Notes under the pieces: generated by a model
The model's database searches: none
Told to the model about the DNA's origin: nothing
Seen by the model: the letters and a program-made list of their open reading frames with translations, nothing else
Shown: positions 36,770 through 49,355 of the stretch, in pieces
Numbering within the stretch: the first letter of the stretch is position 1
Layout of the letters: every line of letters begins with the position of its first letter
Translations under genes and position numbers: made by a program
Assembly (NCBI GenBank): GCA_013265495.1
Contig: MU058418.1
Span: forward strand, 1,886,917 to 1,950,916
Length of the DNA stretch: 64,000 bases
Origin: Vicugna vicugna
Lineage: Eukaryota
Reading direction: 5' to 3'

Positions 36770-36920
36770 TATGACTGAGATCTGTTCAGAGTGTTTTATT
36801 AATTATTAATTTCTTCAGTTCTCACAATAATTTCATGAGGTTGATGCTTTCATTATTCTCATTTTACAGGTAAGAGTACTGAGACACAGGCTAAGTGATG
36901 TGCCTGAAGTCACTTGCCGA
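36770..36920 (-). mobile_element. MIR SINE
   Basis: attctcattttacaggtaagagtactgagacacaggctaagtgatgtgcctgaagtcac. Confidence 0.7.
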
Positions 36921-36929
36921 GAGAGAGAA

Positions 36930-37800
36930 AGGAAACCCAGACTCCAGCCTCACATTCTGGCCCTGGAGCTCCCTCAGAGTCTTACCTGCTGTGTTGTTCC
37001 ACTCCTCACCCTCTCCCGAGGCAAACCCATCTACTTTTGTAACTGTGATGGCTTTACATATGATGACTCCGAACTCTACATGTCCAGCCCAAGCCTCAAT
37101 CCTATCAGATTCATATGTTCAACTGCCTTGTTCCATCTCAGAGACAATGTGTCCCAAACTGAGCTCATTTTATTGCCCCCAGACATGCTCCCCCTTCCTT
37201 ATTCCCTGTCAGTTGACCATCACCTGCACAGCCACCCAAGCCAAAACATCTGGACACCCATCTTTGACTTCTCTCTATCCTACCCCACCATCAGACACCA
37301 AGTTTTACTATCCTATTATTTTAATGTCTTTCACATTTTCTCCATCCTCCCTCTCCACCCCCCTCCAATAGTCCAAATCGCCATCGTCTTCTCATGCTGG
37401 GCTGTGATCATAACCTCTACGTGGACTCCCTGTGTTCACTTTTCCCTCCTTCACATCTGTTCACCAGGGTGATATTTTTAAATGTGAACCTGATTATGTC
37501 ACTTCCCTCCTATAACTCTTCAGTGACTTCCAAATGCCCTGAGAATAGAGTCCAAGTGCCTCAAACAGATCTTCATGACCTGAGTCCTGCTAGTCTCTCT
37601 ACCGCCAACTTCTTTCATTTTGTCAAATGCACCGTGCTCTCTCCTCAGTACCTTCATGCATACTGGCCCCTCTGGTGGAACACTTCCCTCTCCTCCCACT
37701 CTCTGCTTTACCATCTGATTAACTCCTACTTGTCCTTCAGGTTTCAACTTCCAAGCCACTCTTTAAGAAGCTTTGTCTGACTTCCCACCTTTGAGCCATG
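36930..37800 (+). mobile_element. L2 3' region
   Basis: Pyrimidine-rich L2 motifs: tgtcccaaactgagctc, tctttgacttctctcta, aactcctacttgtccttcaggtttcaactt. Confidence 0.7.
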
Positions 37801-39901
37801 CCCCTCTGTGCCAGCGAGGGCACACCCGCTCGAAGTAAGAGTTGTTGTACTAGTCTCAACTTAAATTAGAGAGTGTATTTGTCTTTCAAAACAAGTCTAG
37901 AAGGAAGCAATTCTGGTTGGTGCAGGCACCCAGCTCTGCCATCCTTGGTGTGTCAGCAAAATGTCTCCCTTATCTTGTTAAGATGAAAACAGGAATGAGA
38001 AAACTGTCTCCTTAAGGAGTTTTATCTTTTTATCAAGGAGGGAAATCTTTTTCCAGAAGACTTCCAGTAGATTCTTCTCTCTTACTGGCTAAAACTGCAT
38101 CACAAGTCCACTTCAAGCCAATTAGTGGAAAAGGAAGTGTGTTTAGAAATGCCATGTAAATTTCACTGCAGAATTTGATGCTTTATCTGGAGGGAGCATG
38201 TGCAAAGCTGGTACTCAACCAAGCAGTGTCAAGATCAAGAAGTATGCCAGGCCCTCTGGTCCTTCTGTTTACCCTTTTTTGGCTCTGTTGCTGATGGAGT
38301 ACCGTCTTTCCCTGACAGTCCCACCCTCCCCCACCTGGTTCTTTATCCTGTCTCCTGTCTCTTCTCCCATCCCTTGTTTTAAGTGTTTTACTTAGGGAGA
38401 GAAGATATCTCTGAATGTGAATATATTAACAAGGTAAGTTTGTCTTAAAATTATTTTTAATTAGTTTTATTTTATGATTGGCTTTATTTAAGAGTCTTTC
38501 AATATTCATAGACAGTAGGAAACACTGGAGTTTGTACTGCCTATGACTTAGGACTCCAGGTTTCCTGTCCCAGCTGTGCCTCTTGTTCTGAAATCTCTTA
38601 GACTTCAGTCGCCAAGACTCACAAGTGAAGGTGATGGATGATCTCAGGGACTGTAAAACTGCCCCAGAAGCCCTAGGTTCCTCGAGGGACTTTGGGGATT
38701 TTTGAGCAGAGGGGCCTGTATATGGGCTGGCCCTCCTTGTCACCAGGCTCAGCCTTGGTCTATTGATATTTTGGGTCACTGAGTAAGATATATATGCTGA
38801 AAGGTTTCTGGGGATAAAATAAATCTGGAAGTGCATGCATTAGCTGATTGTTGAAGAAGTAGGCTACTAGGTGGAGGGGTTGCCAGCTGTCAGTGGAGTT
38901 TGCTTTCTCTCTGCTGTGGGTTTTGCTTGTCAGCACTTCCTCTGACCAATGCTCTTTGTGGCAGCCCTGCTTCCCTCCCCCAACCCCATACATTAATATG
39001 TTGATAGCACTGATCTGGACCCAGTTACACCAGGTGGTGGTTCTTCCAGTTCCGAGCCAGGAAACTTGAGTGTCCAAGGTGGTGTTACCTCAATGTTCTC
39101 TGAGGCCTTTCTGGTCATAACACCATGGTTCAGATTTGCCATCTTCGTCTGAAAGGAAAGCTCCTGTTTCTGTGACTGAGACGCTGGCATCAGGCCATAG
39201 GGCCAGATGCAGGTCCCCGTTCTGCCTGTTACTTTGGGTAGCCCGGCCCTCCCACCACAGGTGCGGGAGAGCAAGGGCCTGAAAACCTGGTTTCCTCCAC
39301 ATCCTCCAGGCCTCACAGCAGCTCCTCCACAAGCACTCATATAAGGAAAGCACCAATGAATCAATGAACAAATCAGAATTCTAAAGAAAAAATGCCTATT
39401 GAATAATAAATTCTAATCAAGTGACATGTTCTCTGCCTAACTTTTAAAGAGTGGGAGAAAGAACAGGAAATAAGATAAACTTAAGTTTCCATTTTCTTAC
39501 TCATCAAATGGATAAAACCCCCAATTTAAGGCTATGTTATAGCTCTACCATGATGAGGGGAGTTAAATCTTGAGTGTGTCAGAGGCCACTTTCCAAGATG
39601 CAGAGGCTCAATTTTTCTAATACAGATAAAATGTTAGCACCCAAGTAGAAGAGTTTTAAGTGAGTGGTTCAAGAGTTAAGCAGAAAGCTGGAGTGGAGAC
39701 ACTTCTGTCCACTGTGTTTACTGTCTGTTCAGGAAGGACGCTTCTCCTCCCCAAGCTCCATGTGGGCTGCAGGCCTGTAAACCATTCCTCCCAGAGAAAA
39801 AAGTCATTCTCCAAAGACTTCATTCTGTGTGGGCTGCATGTAAAAGGTTACCCTGTGCTGGTCCATGATCAATACAGAAGATTTTCCTCTAATGCTTTCA
39901 G

Positions 39902-40131
39902 CCAGATTTGTCTGGAGTGCCAGGATTTAGAAGTCAGTTCCAAAGCAGCCCAAAGGCATCCGAGCTGCTGGGGGGCCCGTGCAATGCAGTGATGTCCCTC
40001 GCTTTGCTGAGATCATTTCTGGTGCTGTGGAAGCGGCTGGAAGTGCTAAAGGAGCACTGGGGCCGACTAAAGCTGCAAAGCCAGGATATCAATTCTCTCT
40101 CTTTCCACAAACAGTTCTTGGAGCTCTACGG
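39902..40131 (+). CDS. CCDC162: CCDC162 exon (PDLSGVPGFRSQFQSSPKASELLGGPCNAVMSLALLRSFLVLWKRLEVLKEHWGRLKLQSQDINSLSFHKQFLELY-G)
   Basis: ctaatgctttcag acceptor with a branch-like ctaat; GG|gtgagt donor; 230 nt; phase 0 to 2. Confidence 0.88.
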
Positions 40132-40981
40132 GTGAGTGTTGCTGAGGGGGAAATTCATGTGAACCTGGGGACTGGAAGATTCCTGCCCTTGCGCGGGGAA
40201 GGAAGTTTGGTCCATGAGTCCAGAGGAAGCTGGGCGGTGTGTCTGTAGAGATGGTGCTTTACAGGAAAAGCTGGATCCTGTTGACTGTGGGGACGGCGCC
40301 GGAGGTCACTGCAGCACTGTAGATCATTTACCCAGAGTCCTGTCCCTGGGAGCTGGTGTTTCTGAAATGTCCCTGCAGCGCTGACTTTAAACATTTTAGC
40401 TCATAGGATCCCAGTGAGCATTGGGTGGGTGGGGTAGGGCGTGCTCTTGCTGTGCCCTACCTGTTCTCTGCCCCTTTAGACCCAAGTCAGAGGCTCTGCA
40501 GCCAAAGGAACAACATGGGGCAGCGTGAGGTCTTAGGTCTGCCGAATGCTGGGTGGTTTTCGCAGCTTCAGGCCCCGGTCGGGATGACTTAGCTGGCAGA
40601 TGCCATGTGTCTGTTATCAAACCAGCATTTGCTAAGCACCCACCCACCACCCTGGACCTTACTAAGAACACAGACACTCACGTTGGTGGCCTAGTCCAAA
40701 TTGTCTAGCTTATGAATTATGACAGTCAGCTTTCCTGGTAAATAGGAAATAAAAAGACGTGTCCATATTTTAGAAAATGACTGAAATTAAATGTGCCCAA
40801 TGGGAAAAAGCCTCAAGATTTAATACTGACTAAGGGAGTGGCAACCGTGGTGAGTTTAGATGTCAGTGTGAGTGTCTGTGATGGGTTGGAGGTTTATGCA
40901 TGATGACAGGAAACAGAATTGTCAGAGAATCTGAAAGAGAAAAAAATATGTTTGCTCATTTCTGCCTCTCTTCTTTACTAG

Positions 40982-41120
40982 AACGGACATTCTCTACCCC
41001 AGCATGAAAGCCATAGCTAGGCGGATGGGAAAAGAAGATGAATTTGAAGAACTTATAATAAGTAGTCAGTCTATTCTTCCCCCCAAAGGAGCTTCAGAAA
41101 TTGAAATAAAAACTCAGCAG
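40982..41120 (+). CDS. CCDC162: CCDC162 exon (TDILYPSMKAIARRMGKEDEFEELIISSQSILPPKGASEIEIKTQQ)
   Basis: ctctcttctttactag acceptor; CAG|gtatgc donor; 139 nt; phase 2 to 0. Confidence 0.9.
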
Positions 41121-42279
41121 GTATGCAAGGCTGTTTTGAACTTGGCTTAAAAATTTACTCTATGGCATTAGCATGTGAAACTACAGCTATACCCAAGTGG
41201 TGTTTCTTTCTCAGAAGTGAAGTGTAAATTGAGGGTTTGTAAATCGTTGAACAGATGCTGAGGAAACTAAGTGCTTAAAGGCACATAGGACTTTGATAAG
41301 CAAATAACCACCCCTAACGTCTCAGTTCTGTAAGTCTAGGTGTTCATATTTTTATTTTCCTCAAATTAAAGTGCACCAACCACCATGAAAAAAACAATAG
41401 AAAACCATAACCACTAGCATCTGAAACATAAAATCCAGCATACAAGTATCCACCTGCCACAACACACACACCCATGGAGATGGAATGTTTAAAATAGCTC
41501 CTGTGATTTTTTTCCTGAGAACAACACAGTTTATGCACCAGCCTATATGGTGTGTGTGTTGGTGATCTATTTGAAAAGGTTGTTTCCCAAGTGTTTGTTC
41601 CCTTCAGTCCTGGACACGGGCTCTGCCTGGCTGTGCTTATTGTAACAGGGAGCAATGACTCTAGCTGGCCGGGCGTTGATGCAGAGGTGCATGTCCACTG
41701 AGCAGCACGGAGGACTCAGCACTGCTCCTCCTCAGCACAGCCCCCAGTCCTAAGCCCACTGCTTACTCTTCTGAACTCTGGTTCGTCTCTAGCACCTGAG
41801 GTCCTCTGACAGGAGAAACGTGGGCTCTGCTAGCATATTGGGTAGAGGAAGGGCCCACAGATATTGGAACAGAGTTTTCTGTTGATTGTGTATGGAGTTA
41901 AATCTTCTTGTGAAATCCTCGTTGGTATCTAAATCGAGTTTCAAATCTAAGCATTTCTCTTATGATAATAGCCCATGAAATTCCTGGCCACATCTAAAGA
42001 CTCCAAAAGATATGAGGTCACTTCAGATATTGAGCACTTTGCAATTTAGCAGAACTTGGTAAAAGGGGGTCATATTTTATCAATCAGGATGTGGGCCAGG
42101 AAGAAAAGATGTTGCTCTCCAAAAAGGTGTATCTACCCAACTCAGGGACCCAAGAAAGGAATCCTTCTTCCCTGAGAGACAGTAGCTGGCAGGACCCAAC
42201 CCGTGGCCCTACTGCAGGGATTTAGGAGCTGAGAGTGTAAGCTGAAAGCAGAGAGTGACTCTCAAACTTCTTACTCTAG

Positions 42280-42400
42280 CTTCAGAAACTTCTAGAAAAT
42301 CTTGAAAGTCATATGATCCAGGAGGTATTAAGAAAAGTAAACAGAGAGAGAGCACTGGTTGTGTCAGAAAAGTCCAAGGAGCAGCATACTCTCCCTACAG
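42280..42400 (+). CDS. CCDC162: CCDC162 exon (LQKLLENLESHMIQEVLRKVNRERALVVSEKSKEQHTLPT)
   Basis: cttcttactctag acceptor; CAG|gtaaag donor; 121 nt; phase 0 to 1; helical, heptad-like peptide. Confidence 0.9.
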
Positions 42401-42721
42401 GTAAAGTATGTTTATTTTAATAGTTCATAAAACAACATTTTAATTATTTTTTCCTAATTATAAAATTCATATATCTGTATTCATGGTTTAAAAACAAAAC
42501 ACTACAATGCCCAGAAAATTGTATAAAAATGACTTCTTAACACTGTGACCCAGAGAGGAGTACTTTTAACACTTGGATAGATTTTCTTACACTTAAAGGG
42601 CTTTTAAATACAAAATATTTGTTAACTTCAGTCTCAGTGCTGCTGATTAGCTTATAACTGAAATATAGTTGACATGGGGGAAACACATAACGCTTTTCTT
42701 ATTTGTAATGTGTATATATTG

Positions 42722-42723
<2 letters not shown>

Positions 42724-42766
<43 letters not shown>
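42724..42766. repeat. (TG)n microsatellite, about 21 units
   Basis: Direct reading of the sequence. Confidence 0.95.
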
Positions 42767-42768
<2 letters not shown>

Positions 42769-42833
42769 CACAAATATATATATTTGGGTGGGAAGGCAAT
42801 AAGAATTGTTTCCTTTCTTCTGAGACCTAAAGT

Positions 42834-43689
42834 CAGGGTGACTTCATGGGCAAGTGACCAGTGCACTCCCATAGGACTCACACAGGGGCACTTAGGGTTT
42901 AATGCTCTATAGGTGCCATCTTGAAACTCTTCATGTTAACTCAGAATTTGTATTTGTATTTGGCATCCAGTGACCATGCACTAAAGGCTTGGAGTCTGGG
43001 CTCATGCTGTCCCACCTCCTGCTGCCTCCTCACCTTGCCAGGAGGAGTTCTCAGCTGCCTGATCCTCTGCTCTCTGGCACCCCAGTCACCCCTAATCTCC
43101 CCATCACCATTCCTATCCAGTAATCACTGCCACTCTCCACCCTGGTGGGGGCCTGAGTGCAGCGAGGGTTGGGGTGGGGCACGTGTGCCTGACATTATCT
43201 CAGGGATGCCAAGCTGGCAGCACCGTAATATGTTTGATGGTGACACAGTGGGATTGAGCCTGCTGCCCATCCCTGGGTACCTAGACTATCCCAGGGCAGA
43301 GGTTGCAACCTTGGGGTTGCCCATACACAGTGGGTTGGAGCAGTGGGCCCATGGGAAGGAGAGATGCTCAACTTCTTTGCCCCCGACTAGGACATGTAGC
43401 CTCAGTCCAGTAGCTGGTAGACCACATGCATTCAAGCGCCCAGTCATAGGTCAGGGCCCCTGGGTGCCTGTAAAGGTCATACTTGCCCTGCAAGCATTCT
43501 CATGCCCTGGGAGTTCAACATTAAAAACAAATAGAAACACCATGACAGGCCAGGAGAGAGACTGCAGAAAAAAGAAAAACACTTCGTATTTTAGTTACCT
43601 ATAATGACACCTCTTCTCCTCATTTTTGAACAAGAAGGCCTGCATTTTTTATTCTGCACAGTGCACCATAGATTATGTGACTGGTCCTT
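42834..43689 (+). mobile_element. MER45-family (long form) hAT-Tip100 element
   Basis: Starts cagggtgacttcatgggcaagtgacc...gggtttaatgctct...catcttgaaa; ends tttttgaacaagaaggcctgcatttt...attatgtgactggtcct. Confidence 0.8.
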
Positions 43690-45984
43690 TCTGAACTACA
43701 GTGGCTTCTAACTCCTACTAATTCTGTAAGAAAACCCACAACCTTTGAGCTGCAGGGGAATTGTCTGATTAAATTAGGTTTTCCTTTTGAGACAAGGCCC
43801 ACAGACATTATAAAGTTAATTAATAACCTCTGTCCTCGTCTAAGACATTGTCAGTTTATCGGTGCTTGGAGTAACTGCGTTCTGTAGGTAGGACTTTGGG
43901 GTAAGGCTGTGCAGTGGGAGGGCGAGCCTGACCAACTGGGCGTCTGAATGTCACCAGAGAGCTGAGCGTGGTTGAGCTCTGATTACAGAACATTAAACGA
44001 GACACAAAGCGTCCATTGTTTGTGCTGTGTCTGCTGCATCCAGGAGGCTCCCTTCCAAGTCCTTAGAGAAAATCCACAAGAACATAGCAGGTGCAACTGT
44101 CTCTGTATTTCGGGTCTTTGGCTCTTATGAGACATCGGGTTGGGGCCCAGGGGAAGAAGGTACTTTGCTTTGCAGATATGCTGTGTGCTGCCTTGTGCAG
44201 GGTGTTTGTCAGCTGACCTTGGAAAGGGCCTTCAGGCAGGAGCTGAGGGAAGTCAGGCAGGGTTGAGGGGAAGGTAGAGTTATTTTTAACAGTGGTAAGG
44301 TTGATATTACCAAATCTTACCTTGGCTAGAGTATACTGGCCAATTCTAAAATCTTGTTTAGAGTCTATACTCACAAGTCTTTAAAAATAAATGCCAATAG
44401 TGAGAGCGTTTTATAATTGTTGGTTTTTGTTTTGCATCTGTTCAGTATGGTTCAGCATGGAGGCCTGGGTTTCCTCCTGTACTGAGTTCCCCCAGTACAA
44501 GTGATGGAGTCCCCACTGTGTGCCAGGGCTGCTTTTCTATACACTTCTTTGACTTAGTCTTCCTGAGACCTCTGTGGGCTGGAAACATGGAAGAGGGTGC
44601 TCAAACCATGGAATTTCCACTCGCCTACTGCTCGGCTTAGCAGCAGGAAGCAGCTGGGGTGGATCAGGCTTCCAACGGGGGCTGCTTCTTCATGCAGAGA
44701 CCACCCTTTGTGGTCAAGTTTAGCTTGGGGCTAGGGCTTTCTCCAGAGGGAGCCAGGAATGGAGGGTATGGAGAACAGGGGACATCGGAGGCTCTTGTTC
44801 TTCCCTCGGGGTCTCCTCTCTCCCTGTTGTCCCCTCCAGTGTCTCCGTTGATACCTGTCTAAAGGGAACCCTCAAATACTTCTCCCCTGTATTTCCTTCC
44901 CTCCTCCCTACCTTGTCTTGGAGCTTCTGAGTGAGCTTGCAGTTTGTCAGTGAGCATCTGAAAAGATGACAGCCACACCTGGTCTGGGGCTAGTCCTTGA
45001 TAATTTGTGCTCCCCTAAGAATGTCCAGGAACAGCCCCAGACATCCTCATGCAGCCTCAGGGTTTATCAGAGAGATGGGCTCCCCTGATCCCAAAAGGCT
45101 CTGCCATTCCCCATCATTGACATTTTGGCATTGAAGTCATTTTTAACTGATTCTTTAAATTTCCCTGAGCAGTTATAAGGCCAGCAGTCTCCAATGTGGA
45201 GGCATATATCCCAGGGGTACGGGAGGAAAATATTAGAACTTCTAAATGAAGTCTGTATGTAAGAAGCCAATGTCACACTCTTCGCTGAGATGTCCTGAAG
45301 CAACCATGGGGAAGCAATCCACAGGTGAATAATGAAAAATAGTACAGTTGACAGTTCTAATCCTAGCACATACTTATCTTCACACACATTGTTGGGTTAA
45401 AAAAGATAACCTAATCCCCCCTAAGAAATCAGACAAAAAATTTTAAAGGTCAAGGAAACTGTTGAGAATGTGGGTCGAGCTGCATTCTCATTGTTGATGA
45501 CCCTCACCCTCAGTACATCATGCTTTGCAGTATTAGCCAGTGATCGTCCTGGAGGTAGGAGTCAGGAATACATACACATACGTATGTTAGAGATGAGTGA
45601 ACAAAAATGTTTTGCTTGAAGGAAGCACAGTCAAAACACTTGGGAGAACATGGTCTCAGTCAGCATTTCCTCAGCAGTGTGCCCTGCAACACTAATTCCT
45701 CCACGTGTTAATGCAGTCATTCTCCCAACCACCCTTCACTAACAGACTCAGTGGATTACCTGCTGCTTTCCAACTCCATTCTCCATTCACAAGCGGAGAA
45801 AGCACTCAGGAATCACAGTTTTTGGGTTGCATGTTTACCCAGCATTGTTGATCGCTGTTGGCTTCAAACCTGTTGGTGCTCGTTTTACTTGTCATTTTGT
45901 TTGAGTCGTTTAATTATCATGTAAACCAATGAAATAGGAGGACCTGAAATAGGACAGAAAGAAATCTGCTCTATAAAAACTAAG

Positions 45985-46505
45985 TCGAAATAGATAAACT
46001 GTGGTACATCCTGTTGATGAAATATTACTGAACACTAAAAAGAAATGAGCTATCAAATCATGAAAAGACATGAAGGAAGCTTAAATGCATATTACTAATC
46101 TGAAAAGGCTACATAGTGTATGATTCCAACTATATGACATTTGAGAAAAGATAAAACTGTAGAGACAGTGAAAAGATCAGTGATTGCAGCAGTTGAGAGA
46201 GAAGGATGAATAAACAGAGCACAGAGAATTTAGGGCAGTGAGACCATTCTGTATGATACTACAATAATGGATACATGCTGCTAAACAGTTATCAAACCCA
46301 CAGTTTCACGAGAGTGAACAATAAAGTACACTATGGACTTTGGATGAAAATGATGTGTCAGTGTAGGTTCATCAGTTGTAGCTGATTTACCACACTGGAG
46401 GGGAATGTTGATTGGGAGGCTGTGTGTTTTGGGTGAGGGTGCAGGCGCTCTCTGTGTGGTCTGCTCATTTTTTCTATGAACCTAAAACTGCTATAAAAAG
46501 AAAAA
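45985..46505 (+). mobile_element. L1MC-type 3' end
   Basis: ataaactgtggtacatcc...aaggctacatagtgtatgattccaactatatgacattt...ctatggactttggatg...tgaacctaaaactgctataaaaa. Confidence 0.85.
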
Positions 46506-46559
46506 ATGAAGCATTTGGATTGTTTCATGGTCGTTTTCTCTCCATAAAAAGAAACAAGC

Positions 46560-46562
<3 letters not shown>

Positions 46563-46598
<36 letters not shown>
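46563..46598. repeat. (AC)n microsatellite (copy at 48751-48786 has the same length)
   Basis: Direct reading of the sequence. Confidence 0.95.
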
Positions 46599-46600
<2 letters not shown>

Positions 46601-46730
46601 AATTGTAGACCATGCACTACGTATTATGATATAGAGAAGAGAGATGGTACAGTACCCTGATGAGGGGGCACGTACAAAGAAAAAGGCCTAGCTCTACATT
46701 AGAAGATTGGCACATGTTTATGTATTTGAG

Positions 46731-47060
46731 TTTTTTTTTTAATTGAAGTCTAGTTGATTTACAATGTTGTATTAGTTTCTGGTGTACAGCATAGTGATTC
46801 AGTCATTTTATATATTTCTATTTATATATTTCTATTCTTTTTCATTATAGTCTATTACAAAGTATTGAGTATAGTTCCCTGTCCTATGCAGTAGGACCTT
46901 GTTGTTTATCTATTTTGTATGTAGTAGTTTGTATCTGCTAATCCCAGACTCCCTTCCCCCTTGGTAACCATAAGTTTGTTTTCTATGTCTGTGAGTCTGT
47001 TTTTATTTTGTAAATAAGTTCATTTGTCTCAGTTTTTTAGATTCCGCATATAAGTGATGT
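46731..47060 (-). mobile_element. L1 3' end (last ORF2 codons, 3'UTR, poly-A) fused to U6 (copy 1)
   Basis: Poly-T at 46731. The minus strand reads TCACTTATATGCGGAATCTAA (SLICGI*, the ORF2 C-terminus). Same 3'UTR type as the L1 at 61061. Confidence 0.9.
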
Positions 47061-47167
47061 AAAAATATGGAACGCTTCATGCATTTGCGGGTCATCCTTG
47101 CACAGGGGCCGTGCTAATCTTCTCTGTACTGTTCCAATTTTAGTACACATGCTGCTGAAGCGAGCAT
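47061..47167 (-). pseudogene. Full-length U6 snRNA retrocopy, 5' part of a U6/L1 chimera (copy 1)
   Basis: The reverse complement aligns without gaps to the recalled U6 sequence, with about 12 substitutions in 107 nt by hand count. The ACAGAGA box and AGC triad are intact and it ends in TTTTT. No U6 PSE is evident upstream. Confidence 0.95.
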
Positions 47168-48747
47168 TGTGTATTTTTAATTTAAATAAAATGTTTAAGA
47201 TAGGACATGTCATTTTTAAGCACTCTCTAGCTTAACAGGCTCTTTTGATTGACCAACCAACTTAGTCTTGATTGCATCGACAGGAGGATTTCTACAGGTG
47301 TTTGGCAGGGGCTGGGGGGAAGGGTTTTGTTTGCTTTTTAAAAATAAATTTGAAAAATGGGGGTAAATAATGTTAAAAAGATTCCTTTACTCTGAACCTT
47401 CTCAGAGCCTTTACTATCCTACTATGCATTGTAAACATCCAGAAAAAGTATGAAATGTTCTTTAAGTTTATTTGAACCCTTTTCTTCCCTTGGGAATATC
47501 TATCATCAACTGAAGGAACTAGTGTTCTGGGGAGCAGTTTGAGAAACACAGGAGTGCAAAATTCATACAGATGCTGGAAGCAGAAAAGTTTTCAACCTAC
47601 CCACTGCCCCACTCCTGCCCCCGCTGGTCAAGAGAACAACCGTATTTGGCAGCTGTGTGCCTTCAAGTTTCAGTTCTGTCTCAGCAGAGGCCCAAGGTGC
47701 TGCTCAGGCACAGGGGTCTGGTGGTTGAGTCAGAGAAGTGAAGTGGTACCAAACCAAGGTGCCCTTCCTGGGCGATGGGGTGCTGCTGGGGGCTTTAGAG
47801 AGGAAAAGAGGGAAAGTGGTTTGGCCACCAGGAAGTCAAAGTTTCCTCCAGTCAGCCTGGGAAAAGAGTGAGAGGGAAGAAAAAACCCTAATTGAATCCC
47901 CAGTGCGCTGTCTCCCTCCCACCTCCATGCTTTGTCTTAAAGGAGCCATGACCACACACACAATGAAAATGGGACACATTTGGAGACCATCAACACCACT
48001 TGGCCAGGAACTACTTCTCCTGGATGAATTCTTCTCACTCTGACTTCCCCTGACTCCTGCCTACAGATGCAGATAAATGTCTGAACTTGAACTCAAGAGG
48101 AAGAAGCATGCTGGGAAGATTTTCCAGCACTTTGCTAAAATATTTCCCCTTCAGCTGAGCCCAGAGCTAAACCCCAATCCAAGGGAGGGTCTCCAAACTA
48201 GAAGTGGTCCCTCACTAGGCTTGTCTGTGAGCCAGAGACCCGCCAGGAGAGTACCCTGGGAAAAGTATCCAATTTCTTGTCTGAAAATCTCTGAAACATA
48301 CATGAGATCTGTCATCTCAAAGTTTAGACTTATGGAAGTCTTACACATGTGAACAAGCATGAACTTCTAGGCTCTTTTGGGTTTTCTACCAACTATGCTA
48401 GGGCAGTGGTGAAATGTCTACTCACCTTTAGTAACCTAAAGGAAAAGCAAAATCAGATTTATATGTTTATGATGGAAAGGAGCCAACTGTAGAAGAAATG
48501 TGGAATCCCATTTTGAAAAACAGGACCCCCAGTAAATAACATTGAGTGCAAACCCCAATCTCCTGCTCTGTCTTATCCACATTTCTGGGAGGATTTTGTG
48601 GGACACTTCCTCTGTGTGCGCTGAGTGGCCTGTCAGAAAAATGAAAGTATGGGCATTTTTTCTATGAACCTAAAACTGCTATAAAAAGAAAAAATGAAGC
48701 ATTTGGATTGTTTCATGGTCGTTTTCTCTCCATAAAAAGAAACAAGC

Positions 48748-48788
<41 letters not shown>

Positions 48789-48918
48789 AATTGTAGACCA
48801 TGCACTACGTATTATGATATAGAGAAGAGAGATGGTACAGTACCCTGATGAGGGGGCACGTACAAAGAAAAAGGCCTAGCTCTACATTAGAAGATTGGCA
48901 CATGTTTATGTATTTGAG

Positions 48919-49248
48919 TTTTTTTTTTAATTGAAGTCTAGTTGATTTACAATGTTGTATTAGTTTCTGGTGTACAGCATAGTGATTCAGTCATTTTATA
49001 TATTTCTATTTATATATTTCTATTCTTTTTCATTATAGTCTATTACAAAGTATTGAGTATAGTTCCCTGTCCTATGCAGTAGGACCTTGTTGTTTATCTA
49101 TTTTGTATGTAGTAGTTTGTATCTGCTAATCCCAGACTCCCTTCCCCCTTGGTAACCATAAGTTTGTTTTCTATGTCTGTGAGTCTGTTTTTATTTTGTA
49201 AATAAGTTCATTTGTCTCAGTTTTTTAGATTCCGCATATAAGTGATGT
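48919..49248 (-). mobile_element. L1 3' end fused to U6 (copy 2)
   Basis: Same sequence as 46731-47060, offset by 2188 bp. Confidence 0.9.
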
Positions 49249-49355
49249 AAAAATATGGAACGCTTCATGCATTTGCGGGTCATCCTTGCACAGGGGCCGT
49301 GCTAATCTTCTCTGTACTGTTCCAATTTTAGTACACATGCTGCTGAAGCGAGCAT
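49249..49355 (-). pseudogene. Full-length U6 snRNA retrocopy in U6/L1 chimera (copy 2, duplicated)
   Basis: Same sequence as 47061-47167, offset by 2188 bp. Confidence 0.95.

Noticed and set aside
36895..37780. Overlapping 128-190 aa ORFs
   Set aside because: Pyrimidine-rich decayed L2 sequence that lacks stops by composition.
42921..43604. 227-aa ORF, the longest in the track
   Set aside because: Lies within a MER45-family non-autonomous DNA transposon; non-ATG start; no transposase or other recognisable motifs.
47061..47167. Functional U6 snRNA gene
   Set aside because: About 12 substitutions, fusion to an L1 tail, a putative TSD and no recognisable PSE upstream indicate a retrocopy.
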